Shown: piece by piece, positions 52,566 through 61,195 of the stretch
How the letters are laid out: the number at the start of each line of letters is the position of its first letter
How positions within the stretch are numbered: position 1 is the stretch's first letter
IMG/VR virus record: IMGVR_UViG_2645728028_000002
Coordinates: 32,001 to 96,000 of that record
DNA: 64,000 bases
Origin: a virus
Taxonomy: Duplodnaviria > Caudoviricetes
Direction: 5' to 3' (one strand)
Program-made: the position numbers and the translations under genes
The notes under the pieces: model-generated
Told to the model about the DNA's origin: nothing
What the model saw: the letters and a program-made list of their open reading frames with translations, nothing else
The model's database searches: none

Positions 52566-52808
52566 ATGAAGTATGAGACTTATGAACAAGTAACAAGTGC
52601 CTTTAAGAATGAAGGGTATAAGATCTTGGCAGAGAGTAATGACTTATCTTGGGTTTATATGTATAAAATTGATCAGATTAGAAAAAATGTGACACTTGTT
52701 TCTTGGTATGAATCTGATGGAGAGGTGCAAAGAATTTCAAATATTGAAGACTTTTTATTAATGGATATATTAGATGAAATGGGTTATAAGGGATCTATTT
52801 CACTATAA
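52566..52808 (+). CDS. Hypothetical protein
   Basis: GGGGAG RBS. Confidence 0.55.
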   Translation: MKYETYEQVTSAFKNEGYKILAESNDLSWVYMYKIDQIRKNVTLVSWYESDGEVQRISNIEDFLLMDILDEMGYKGSISL

Positions 52809-52823
52809 TAGAACGATTTTATC

Positions 52824-53282
52824 TTGAAAGGAGAAGAAATGAAATTAATTTTTCTTGATATAGATGGAGTTATGAATAATTGGATCGAGAGTCAACCATC
52901 AAACAAGCACGAGAGTTTAGAGTTTGCTTCCAGTTGTGTGGAAAATCTCAAGTATATTTTAAAGGAAACCAACGCAAGAATAGTTGTTTCATCAACTTGG
53001 AGAATTGGTGAAACTGAAAAGACACTTAAGGATAAAGTATTTAAACATTATGATCTAGAAAAATACATACTTGATGTTACTCCAGTTTGTTGGGAAGAGC
53101 CAAGAGGCGTTGAGATTGCTTCATATTTAGCAAGTTTACATATCTGCAATGTCGAAGGAATAGTAATCTTAGATGATGATTCAGATATGGAGGATTTAAA
53201 GGATTATTTAGTGAGAACAGATCCAAAATACGGATTGACTAAAAAAGACGCTGAATTAGCAATTCAAATCTTAATCAAATAA
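52824..53282 (+). CDS. HAD-superfamily phosphatase (Swiss-army-knife RNA-repair-like)
   Basis: IFLDIDGV, VVSSTWR, RGVEI, ILDDD. Confidence 0.82.
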   Translation: MKGEEMKLIFLDIDGVMNNWIESQPSNKHESLEFASSCVENLKYILKETNARIVVSSTWRIGETEKTLKDKVFKHYDLEKYILDVTPVCWEEPRGVEIASYLASLHICNVEGIVILDDDSDMEDLKDYLVRTDPKYGLTKKDAELAIQILIK

Positions 53283-53419
53283 TGCTTTTAAAGGAAGGAG
53301 GAGATATATATTATGTGGCTAACATTTTGGGAAGCACTTTCTCAATCTAAAGAAGGTGATGTAATCGAGTGTGAAGCAATCTACAGTAACATAGTTAACA
53401 ATGGGGATTATACGTTCAT

Positions 53420-54420
53420 GTGGGAAGAAGAATGGAAACCAGTTGTTTTAAGAGGAGAATATATAGGAATGAAGTGGAGAATAAAATAATCAAACAAGGG
53501 AGCATACATATGAAGACGATGGATAAGAATCTGTTCATTAAATGGGCAACTAAGCGTATGGAGTTTCTAAAGGATAGAATTGATAGAGATTTTGGTGGAG
53601 GCTTGGTTGATGATTTAGGAAAGTTTAATGAGATTAAGATGATCAAGGAAGCTGCTGAACGTGGTGAGTTTGATATAAAGGTTTGGGAGTGATACATAGT
53701 GACGTTATGGTTCATGTTTATGGCTGGAATATTGTATTTGTTTAGACTTGATGAACTAGCAACTAATGGAGTAAATGAGTTAATAGGAAAGAAATTTACA
53801 ACATCAATTTACTGGTTAACATTTTTAGTTATCGGATTAGTGTTGGATATTGTTTATGGGATTGTGAATTTATTCAGTTAAAATCTTTATTTTACTTAGA
53901 AAGGAGTGAGAAAAATAATACATTTAGCTGCTATTTTAATAGGTATTGTAATTATAGGAGCGATAATTTATTTATTCAACAAACCAGAAATCTTGTTTTA
54001 CATAGTTATCGGTTGTTTTGCACTAGGATTTGCTTATATCTTGGGTGGATCAATACTAGGAATTTTATAGATAATAACAGTGTTTTATAAGGAGTTGATA
54101 TTATGACAAAAGAAGAATTATTAAATAGAAAAGAAGCATTAGAATTAGAAATTCAAAATATAGAAAAACAGCTAAGAGTAATGACCAACCTAGAAAAGCC
54201 ATATGTAGCAAATGTTTCAGCCTATAGCGGTCATTACTCTATGCAATACAAAACAGAAGCACAAGCTAGAAAGAAACTTAATGAATATGCAGCTAAAACA
54301 TATTTCAAAAATGGATTAAATTATGGAGTGTATCTGTATAAATGGAATGAAGATGGATCTAAAACGTTACTAGAGAGTATCCCATTAGGACGAAAGAACT
54401 TTGAGCCTAGTTTAGATTAA
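53420..54420 (+). CDS. Cluster of small hypothetical genes, some membrane (53420, 53699, 54103)
   Basis: ORFs between junction motifs. Confidence 0.55.
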
Positions 54421-54664
54421 GATAATATTCATGTTTTATAGTGAGGAGAGTGAAAAATGGTTAATATTCTATACAGTATAGTAGGAATATTTATTATCTA
54501 TATAGTTATTGCGATTTTGTGGCAGCTAGCAGAATTAAGACTTTATGGAAAAATAACTCCAAGAAAATTAGATGGTTTAGTAGCAATAATTCTGGCTGTG
54601 TCACTGTTCTTTAACTTAAAATAGTGATATGATACAAATAGTTACTAATCTGAGGTGATTATTT

Positions 54665-55018
54665 GTGACAAAGTTTAAAGATAATCTTTTAATACTTAGA
54701 AAAGATAAGGGTTTAACACAAGATGATGTTGCGCAATATTTGCAATTATCTAGACCTGCATATAGCAGGTATGAGACTGGTGGAGCAGAACCAACTATAG
54801 AAAATCTAATGCTGCTTGCTGATCTATATAATATATCTCTAGATGAATTAGTGGGTAGAGATTTTAAACAAGATAGTAAAGGGCTGCAAACCATACTTGT
54901 TAGAAAACAAATCGATATTCAGCTTAGAGGAATTCTACAAGAAACAATTAAAGAAATAGTTGATGAAAAAGAAAATGAAATTCGAGACACTGTTTTAAAG
55001 AAATTTGGGTTGCAATAA
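54665..55018 (+). CDS. XRE HTH regulator
   Basis: LRKDKGLTQDDVA...SRYETG..EP..E. Confidence 0.85.
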   Translation: MTKFKDNLLILRKDKGLTQDDVAQYLQLSRPAYSRYETGGAEPTIENLMLLADLYNISLDELVGRDFKQDSKGLQTILVRKQIDIQLRGILQETIKEIVDEKENEIRDTVLKKFGLQ

Positions 55019-55118
55019 AAGAAGACATTTATTAAGAATTTAAGATCTGCAGCAATGTGGATCTTTTTATTTTGGTTAAAATAAGTAAAAGTTTCTTAGA
55101 AAAACATTCCAATTTTGC

Positions 55119-55147
55119 TTTACAGAAATATTGGATTAGTGTATTAT
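55119..55147 (+). promoter_or_regulatory. sigma-A promoter of the yopP-Q-R-like operon, overlapped by a TCCAA-N18-TTGGA box
   Basis: TTTACA-17-TATTAT. Confidence 0.55.
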
Positions 55148-55264
55148 GTAACTATAAGATAAAATAATTTAATAAATTTGAATAAACGTGTTTAACCTGA
55201 GTATAATATAGGTATATAGACAGAGAGAAAATAAAACTATTTGGAGATTAAAGGAGAGACAATT

Positions 55265-55405
55265 ATGCTTGCAGACGTTTTTGGATACATTAGAAGGAAC
55301 ATTCACAACTGGAATTCTTACCAAATTAAGAAGTCATTAAAGGAAATTAATCAAACGAAGCTACTATTAGAGAAAAAATTAAAAGAACTGGAGGAGGCTG
55401 TTTAA
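55265..55405 (+). CDS. 46-aa hypothetical protein (not in ORF track)
   Basis: AAGGAG RBS; ends just before the recombinase start. Confidence 0.55.
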   Translation: MLADVFGYIRRNIHNWNSYQIKKSLKEINQTKLLLEKKLKELEEAV

Positions 55406-55406
55406 A

Positions 55407-56456
55407 ATGTTGGCTCAAAATGTAGTTAAACTTAATAACTCTAAGATATATGATCAGATACAGAAATACTTAGATAAACACAGTTATAATAGTGAAAGTA
55501 CAAAAACAGCATACTTAAATGACATTAAATTATTCTTTAGGATTATTAAAAACAAAGAAATTGAATACTTAACAATTGATGACGTACAAATAACCTTGGA
55601 TGATTTCGAAGACTTTATTAAGTACTTATATGACTGGAAAGACGAAGAGGGAAATAAGAAATATGTTAATAAAACAATTAACAGAAAAGTTTCTGCTGCT
55701 AAAGGATTAATTAAGTATTTATCAGCAAAAAAAATTAATGGAGAATATATTGTAAAAGATATTTCATACTTTCCAAATATAAATTCTTTACCTGAATCAA
55801 AGAACCAACACGGAGTTTTAGAGGCTAGTGAGGTATTTGAAATGGCTGAACTTGCTCTGGGAGAGAGGGAAAAGGGAGAAATAAAGCGATTAGCAATTTT
55901 GCTTTCATTAGATAGCTGCATAAGAAAATCAGCTTTGCTATCTCTTAAATGGTCTAATTTCATTGAGAAAGAAGATGGATACTTACTTCAAGGGGTAGAC
56001 AAAGGGAATAGTGATTTCAGACAATTAATATCTAAAGAATTATATAACGAATTGTTATCCATTAGGACTAAATCAGACTGTGTATTTGATATTAGCGCAG
56101 ATTCTTTGGATGGAATGTTCAAACGATTACGTGAAAAGATGAAGATTGAACCCAATAGAAGAATAGTGTGGCATTCTATACGTAAATCAGGAATAACTTA
56201 TAGATATAGATTAACTGGAGATATATTAGAGGCAAAAAGAGCAGCTAATCATGCGAATATTACCACAACCCAGATATACCTAGAAGAAGAGGATTATGGA
56301 GCAATGGGAGCTGTTTCATCTAAAGGATACCTTGACATGGATCTATATAAAAAAGTTGATCATGAAATATTACTTGAAGCAATTGAATTGATGAAGAAAG
56401 ATGCTAAGTTGATTCTAAATATGAAAATAAAGGAAATTTTAAAACAAAATAATTAA
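55407..56456 (+). CDS. yopP: Tyrosine recombinase, YopP (SroD)-like
   Basis: Core-binding domain plus R (SCIRK), K (DKG), HSIR, H (ANH) and Y (TQIY) catalytic set; synteny. Confidence 0.8.
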   Translation: MLAQNVVKLNNSKIYDQIQKYLDKHSYNSESTKTAYLNDIKLFFRIIKNKEIEYLTIDDVQITLDDFEDFIKYLYDWKDEEGNKKYVNKTINRKVSAAKGLIKYLSAKKINGEYIVKDISYFPNINSLPESKNQHGVLEASEVFEMAELALGEREKGEIKRLAILLSLDSCIRKSALLSLKWSNFIEKEDGYLLQGVDKGNSDFRQLISKELYNELLSIRTKSDCVFDISADSLDGMFKRLREKMKIEPNRRIVWHSIRKSGITYRYRLTGDILEAKRAANHANITTTQIYLEEEDYGAMGAVSSKGYLDMDLYKKVDHEILLEAIELMKKDAKLILNMKIKEILKQNN

Positions 56457-56548
56457 CAGAATGGTTTACATTCCTGTCTCATTAATTTAGAATTGAGATA
56501 TACGCTAACGCATAATGAGACAGGGAGTTAATTGGAAAGGAGATTACA

Positions 56549-57904
56549 ATGAAAACTGCTACAAATAGAACAGATTTAGAGCAAACTTTATCTGAAGTAA
56601 TTAAATCAGCAAAACTTAAAAGAAAGAACAATCGTGATACAGAGGATATTAAGGAATATTTAAATAAGAACTATGATATATTCTCTGGTGATATTCAAGG
56701 TTGGATTAATGATCCGGAAGGCGAATTACCTAATTTAGATATAAGAGAGTTATTTTTATTAACTGAGCAAGTTTATGCTAAAACAGGTAATTTATCAATC
56801 AACCCTGAAGACTACTTTACTGAGGCAGAAATTAAAGAAGCAAGACAATTTAGCGGAATAATGGAACAAAAAGAAAACGAAATTGATTTTCCAATAACTG
56901 TTCGGAACGCAACAATAGTTGGTAATAGTGCATATATGGTAACACTTGATATTAAGACAATTGATCAATTAATTGAAAATCAGTTACTTCATTATAACTA
57001 TGAACTACAACGTGAACATAAAATTGTAAAAAGAAAAGATAAAGTAATCATTGAACCTACATTAAATATGAAAAATGTTAAAGAGATCTCGCAGCATTTA
57101 ATTGAGGGAACATTAGTTCCTACAGTATTAGTATTTAATGCTGCTACTCGTTCAGCAGACAAAGGTACAGAATTAGTATTTGATCCTAAAAAACTAGAAT
57201 TAACTATCACTAAAGGAACAAAGATGGACATTGTAGATGGATATCACCGATGCAGAGCTTCACAAAATGCATTACAAGTTAATCCAGATTTGAATTTCAA
57301 TTTTGCAGTATTAATAACAAATTATTCAACAAAAAAAGCCCAGCAGTATCAGGCACAGCTTGCAAAGGCTACGCCTATATCTAAGACACGTATTCAAGAA
57401 CTAGAAGCTAATCGACTAAGTGATACTGTCGTTCAACAATTAAGAGAAGAAAGTGATCTGAGAGGAAAGATATCTCAAACAAACAGAATTCATACAATAG
57501 GTGATGAATTAGTTGCATATAATGTATTAGCAGATACAATTGATGAGCAATTTAAAATGGAAACAAGAGCTGATGCAGCAGATGTTGGAGATTATCTAAC
57601 TGAATATTTCAATTTTGTAATTGGATCTTATCCAGATGAATTTGTTAATAATCCTAATGAAACAAGAAAAGAATCTTTAATCAACGATAACAATATGTTT
57701 GTTGGATATATTGTTCTAGCAAGAAGAATGTTGGAAAAAGATATAAAACCTAAAGAAGTTAGAAAGTATTTAAAGAATATAGATTTCAATAGAGATAATC
57801 AATTGTGGCAAGAAATTGAAGTACTAAATAATAAAGGCAATATTGAGAATACAACCAAGGCTAGAAAAGCCATTAGAGAATATTTTGATCAATTAGATAT
57901 ATAA
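56549..57904 (+). CDS. yopQ: YopQ (SroE)-like ParB/DndB-fold protein
   Basis: IVDGYHR motif; lies between the two recombinase-fold genes. Confidence 0.75.
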   Translation: MKTATNRTDLEQTLSEVIKSAKLKRKNNRDTEDIKEYLNKNYDIFSGDIQGWINDPEGELPNLDIRELFLLTEQVYAKTGNLSINPEDYFTEAEIKEARQFSGIMEQKENEIDFPITVRNATIVGNSAYMVTLDIKTIDQLIENQLLHYNYELQREHKIVKRKDKVIIEPTLNMKNVKEISQHLIEGTLVPTVLVFNAATRSADKGTELVFDPKKLELTITKGTKMDIVDGYHRCRASQNALQVNPDLNFNFAVLITNYSTKKAQQYQAQLAKATPISKTRIQELEANRLSDTVVQQLREESDLRGKISQTNRIHTIGDELVAYNVLADTIDEQFKMETRADAADVGDYLTEYFNFVIGSYPDEFVNNPNETRKESLINDNNMFVGYIVLARRMLEKDIKPKEVRKYLKNIDFNRDNQLWQEIEVLNNKGNIENTTKARKAIREYFDQLDI

Positions 57905-57952
57905 GAACAAATAATGGAGATTTTTAAGACAAAAATATAGGGGTAATCTAAT

Positions 57953-58930
57953 ATGAGTAATAAAATATATAATTTAGATATTAAAGAGAAATTTCTATCC
58001 ACTTATGAAAATGAACAAACACAAAACACTTTGAAATATGTTTTTTACAGATCATATTCTGCAGAGGAATTATTAGAAAAAGACCTATATGATTTTACCA
58101 GCGATCAAATAAAAAAAGTAATAAAGAATACTAATCCACATTCATTAGTTACTGCAAAATCAACTACAAGATTTATTACACAGTATATCTCATGGGCAAT
58201 AGGAGAGGGTTTGAGAAGCAACCTAAATCCTTTAAAGGGTTTGGATGACTCATTTTATGAAGGATTAATCGATAAGACTAAGAAGATTCATTATAGCAAA
58301 GAAGAATTTATAGATCTTTTAGAGAAGTTACCTAATGCTCAGGATCAGGCTTTCTTAATGTTAATGTTCCATGGGATTATTGGTAATAAATTTGAAGAAC
58401 TTAGAGAGTTAAGCTATAACGATATTGATTGGAACAATAATAAAATAACATTAAGAAAACGTAATAACCAAATAATTGAAGTTGATGATGTAACTATGCG
58501 CTATCTTGAAAATGCTCATAAGCAGCAAGTTTATTTTACCTACAATGAAAAGAATGGTGAACATAGTGAGCGAGAACTATTACCTAATGAATATATCTTC
58601 AAAAGTTTAAAAAGCCCAAGAGCAAAAGAAGGAGAATCAGTTACACAAGCAGTACTGTATACTAGATTAACTAATATTAAGAAAGAATTTGATCTAGAAT
58701 ATTTAACACCAAATGCGGTTAAACAGTCGGGAATGATTTTTATGGCTGTTGAGCTATATAATGGGAAGCGGGATAAGTTAGAATATGAAGATTTTGAGAA
58801 AATAGGAAAGAAATTTGATTATTCAATGCTAAATAACAACGGCTACCAGTATTATAATACAACACTGATGAAGGAATTTTGCAATTCCAAAAATAGCAAA
58901 GAACTATACGACATAGAAATTGAATATTAA
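57953..58930 (+). CDS. yopR: YopR/MrpR (SroF)-like master repressor with degenerate tyrosine-recombinase fold
   Basis: 325 aa; catalytic R and HxxR replaced (GIIG, TPNAVKQSG); synteny. Confidence 0.8.
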   Translation: MSNKIYNLDIKEKFLSTYENEQTQNTLKYVFYRSYSAEELLEKDLYDFTSDQIKKVIKNTNPHSLVTAKSTTRFITQYISWAIGEGLRSNLNPLKGLDDSFYEGLIDKTKKIHYSKEEFIDLLEKLPNAQDQAFLMLMFHGIIGNKFEELRELSYNDIDWNNNKITLRKRNNQIIEVDDVTMRYLENAHKQQVYFTYNEKNGEHSERELLPNEYIFKSLKSPRAKEGESVTQAVLYTRLTNIKKEFDLEYLTPNAVKQSGMIFMAVELYNGKRDKLEYEDFEKIGKKFDYSMLNNNGYQYYNTTLMKEFCNSKNSKELYDIEIEY

Positions 58931-58942
58931 TTCTCAAAAAAT

Positions 58943-58966
58943 ATCCCTGATCCATTTTCAGGGATT
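58943..58966 (+). terminator. Hairpin after yopR
   Basis: ATCCCTGA-TCCATTT-TCAGGGAT. Confidence 0.6.
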
Positions 58967-59319
58967 ACATAAAACTTAATGCAAAATAATCAATTATAAG
59001 TTAATGGTGTTTAATTGTTTTTAAAACTTATTGAAAATAATTAAATGTTATTAACTAGGAAAGATATAATAACAGAAAATTACTTTCATTCCAATTTTAC
59101 AAAATTAAAAAATTGGATTTAAAATCAGAAGAGATATGAAATTGTCAATAAAAAAGTTTTACTTTAGACACATTTTTAACAAATTCGACAAAATAAGACA
59201 AAGACACAATGGAAAAACTGTAGTAATATGTAAATATTAGTTGGCTTTTCTAAATGGAAGTTCACTATTTAGTGAATGGTAGGAAAGGACTAGGCATAAA
59301 ACCTTAGCCCTGCTCACCC

Positions 59320-59577
59320 TTAGAGTTTCCATTCATACAGATCATCAATTGAACATCTTAATACATTGGCAATTATTTTAGCATTAAATAATGACATTGT
59401 TCTGGAATTGCTAATGTATTCATTGATTTGCTGCTTTGAAATACCAGTTAATTCTGAGAGTTCAATTTGAGACATATCTGCTCTTTTTATTAAATCTAGG
59501 AGTAAGCATTTTCCGATTATGTCTTTTGGCATCGGAAAATCCTCCCAATTAAGAAATTTTAAGGCAATTGTTATCAT
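59320..59577 (-). CDS. XRE HTH regulator (YopS-like)
   Basis: GKCLL..L...MSQIELSELTGISKQQINEY...CSIDDLYEW; convergent with yopR as in SPbeta. Confidence 0.8.
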   Translation of the reverse strand: MITIALKFLNWEDFPMPKDIIGKCLLLDLIKRADMSQIELSELTGISKQQINEYISNSRTMSLFNAKIIANVLRCSIDDLYEWKL

Positions 59578-59774
59578 ATCAGTTTATGGATTTAAAGACA
59601 ACTTTAAATATGTAATATTTTCTAATTTAACACATTGTGTTCTATTGCCGTTCGGTTTATAATAGAATTACGAACAAATAGCGAACATTTGTTCCTTGTA
59701 AATAGGAGGCGGATCAAAAATTTAACAAGGGTTTAAGTTACAATGGGGATAAGTTACTATTATTCATTAATATA

Positions 59775-60002
59775 ATGGGGGAAATAAAATTGAAAAACAC
59801 TGCTATTGTAAGGCTATCACTTGAGCTGCATATCGAGACGGACTTTGATTTAAGAACACTGGTAAATAAACTTCATCCATCAACGGTTGTAAACTTGAAG
59901 GTTGCAGAAATTCTTTCAGCAGATGGTAGCGTACATAATTCAGAAAATGCTACATTGCTGGAGTCCGAAATAATAGAGTTTGAGGATAATAGTGAAGAAT
60001 AA
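59775..60002 (+). CDS. Hypothetical protein
   Basis: Acidic ORF divergent from the yopS-like gene. Confidence 0.5.
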   Translation: MGEIKLKNTAIVRLSLELHIETDFDLRTLVNKLHPSTVVNLKVAEILSADGSVHNSENATLLESEIIEFEDNSEE

Positions 60003-60159
60003 AAAATAGTCACTAAGCTAGACACTCAGTGACAAAGTGGATATGTACCAGTTAATTGGCAGTTAACTGTTTATGTTAAAACAATATTAACATAAAAGTT
60101 AGTAAATTAGAATTACAATAATGTAACAAGTTGGTCAAAAAATTATTACATTATGTATA

Positions 60160-60189
60160 GAATATATGCATTTTTCTTTGTGCATAATA
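60160..60189 (+). promoter_or_regulatory. Putative sigma-G (forespore) promoter
   Basis: GAATA-N18-CATAATA matches consensus GHATA-N18-CATAHTA. Confidence 0.55.
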
Positions 60190-60223
60190 TCAATACACAA
60201 CGTAGTAAAGGGTTGATATATAT

Positions 60224-60700
60224 ATGCCTTGGGCTAAAAGAGCATACGAAATAACATTGAAGGTTTACAAAGAAGCACTGGCTGACTTTGTGACGCATCC
60301 AAGAAATGAAGATTTAATCATAAAGGAATGGCTTGTTAGAGCAGAAGTTCTTAAGCATAATTTTACAAAAAGACAATTTATCATTTTAAATTTTATTTAC
60401 ACATTATCATTTACGTATGGTAAAGAACATGCTATTATTCCGAAACTTCAGGACTTCGAACTGGCAGGAATATCTAAAAAGCACATTACTGAAGAATTAA
60501 GAAAACTGGAAGCAATGAATGTAATTTACTGCAATAGGAATGAAAAGCTGTATAAAATTGAAGAGCCTAGATTTTGGAATGTTCCATATAATGTTGGTTT
60601 TAACGATGACAGATCCAGAGAACTATTTCTTCTTAATTTAAAACATGCTGGTGTGGATATTCAGCCAATAGTTGAAAAGTTAAAAGAGATGGGTTACTGA
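60224..60700 (+). CDS. Phage replication protein O-like wHTH protein
   Basis: FTKRQFIILNFIYTLSFTYGK...FELAGISKKHITEELRKL. Confidence 0.65.
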   Translation: MPWAKRAYEITLKVYKEALADFVTHPRNEDLIIKEWLVRAEVLKHNFTKRQFIILNFIYTLSFTYGKEHAIIPKLQDFELAGISKKHITEELRKLEAMNVIYCNRNEKLYKIEEPRFWNVPYNVGFNDDRSRELFLLNLKHAGVDIQPIVEKLKEMGY

Positions 60701-60967
60701 TATTTTTTTTTACACAACGTCCCCAAAATAGGGACTCTGAAAATGGGAGTAACTTACGAACTAAGACAAATCTCACAATAATAATTAGCAGCTCATCAAT
60801 GTATCTACATCAATGTTTTATAGGTATATTTGGTGAGCTTTTATTATTGTAGTAAAATTAAATAATTATATAAAATCAGTGTTTTATCGGATGGGGGAAT
60901 TAAGTTATAAATAATTGGAAAAAGTTGTTGACTTCTAAAATAAAATAATTTAATATAAAGATAGTTA

Positions 60968-61195
60968 ATGAACGGGAGAGGTGATAAAGTGTTAGCGCTG
61001 AGATACATACAAACACTGATCAATAACGGACAACAAGCGTTCGATAAAGTAAACAAAGACAATAATGAAATTACTGAGTTGGATATTCAGCAAGCTTTAG
61101 GCTTACTTGATCTTGAGAGGGACTTAGAAGCAGCTAAGATATTGCTTAGGGAAGAATTGAAGGAAAGAAGATTAACAAAGGAGGATGGTTTATAA
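60968..61195 (+). CDS. Hypothetical protein
   Basis: Promoter TTGACT-17-TAATAT upstream; likely start at the GTG after GAGGTG. Confidence 0.6.
   Translation: MNGRGDKVLALRYIQTLINNGQQAFDKVNKDNNEITELDIQQALGLLDLERDLEAAKILLREELKERRLTKEDGL

Larger units (their letters stand above)
34779..55032. repeat. Dispersed 18-bp pseudo-palindrome WTAAWA-N6-TTTTAW at gene junctions (about 35 copies)
   Basis: e.g. 36965 ATAAAA-TTTCCC-TTTTAT, 39784 ATAAAA-ATCTGA-TTTTAA, 42488 ATAAAA-GAATCG-TTTTAT, 43664 ATAAAA-TATTTG-TTTTAT, 52805 ATAATA-GAACGA-TTTTAT, 54071 ATAATA-ACAGTG-TTTTAT. Confidence 0.8.

Noticed and set aside
34779-55032. CRISPR array interpretation of the recurring motif
   Set aside because: Units are whole genes of variable length, the repeat core is variable, and there are no cas genes
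34779-55032. Junction motif as an intrinsic terminator
   Set aside because: All-AT 6-bp arms are too weak; real GC-containing terminators occur separately (e.g. near 36445, 46901, 58943)
57953-58930. YopR-like gene as the prophage integrase
   Set aside because: Catalytic Arg and HxxR are missing; matches the repressor role known in SPbeta
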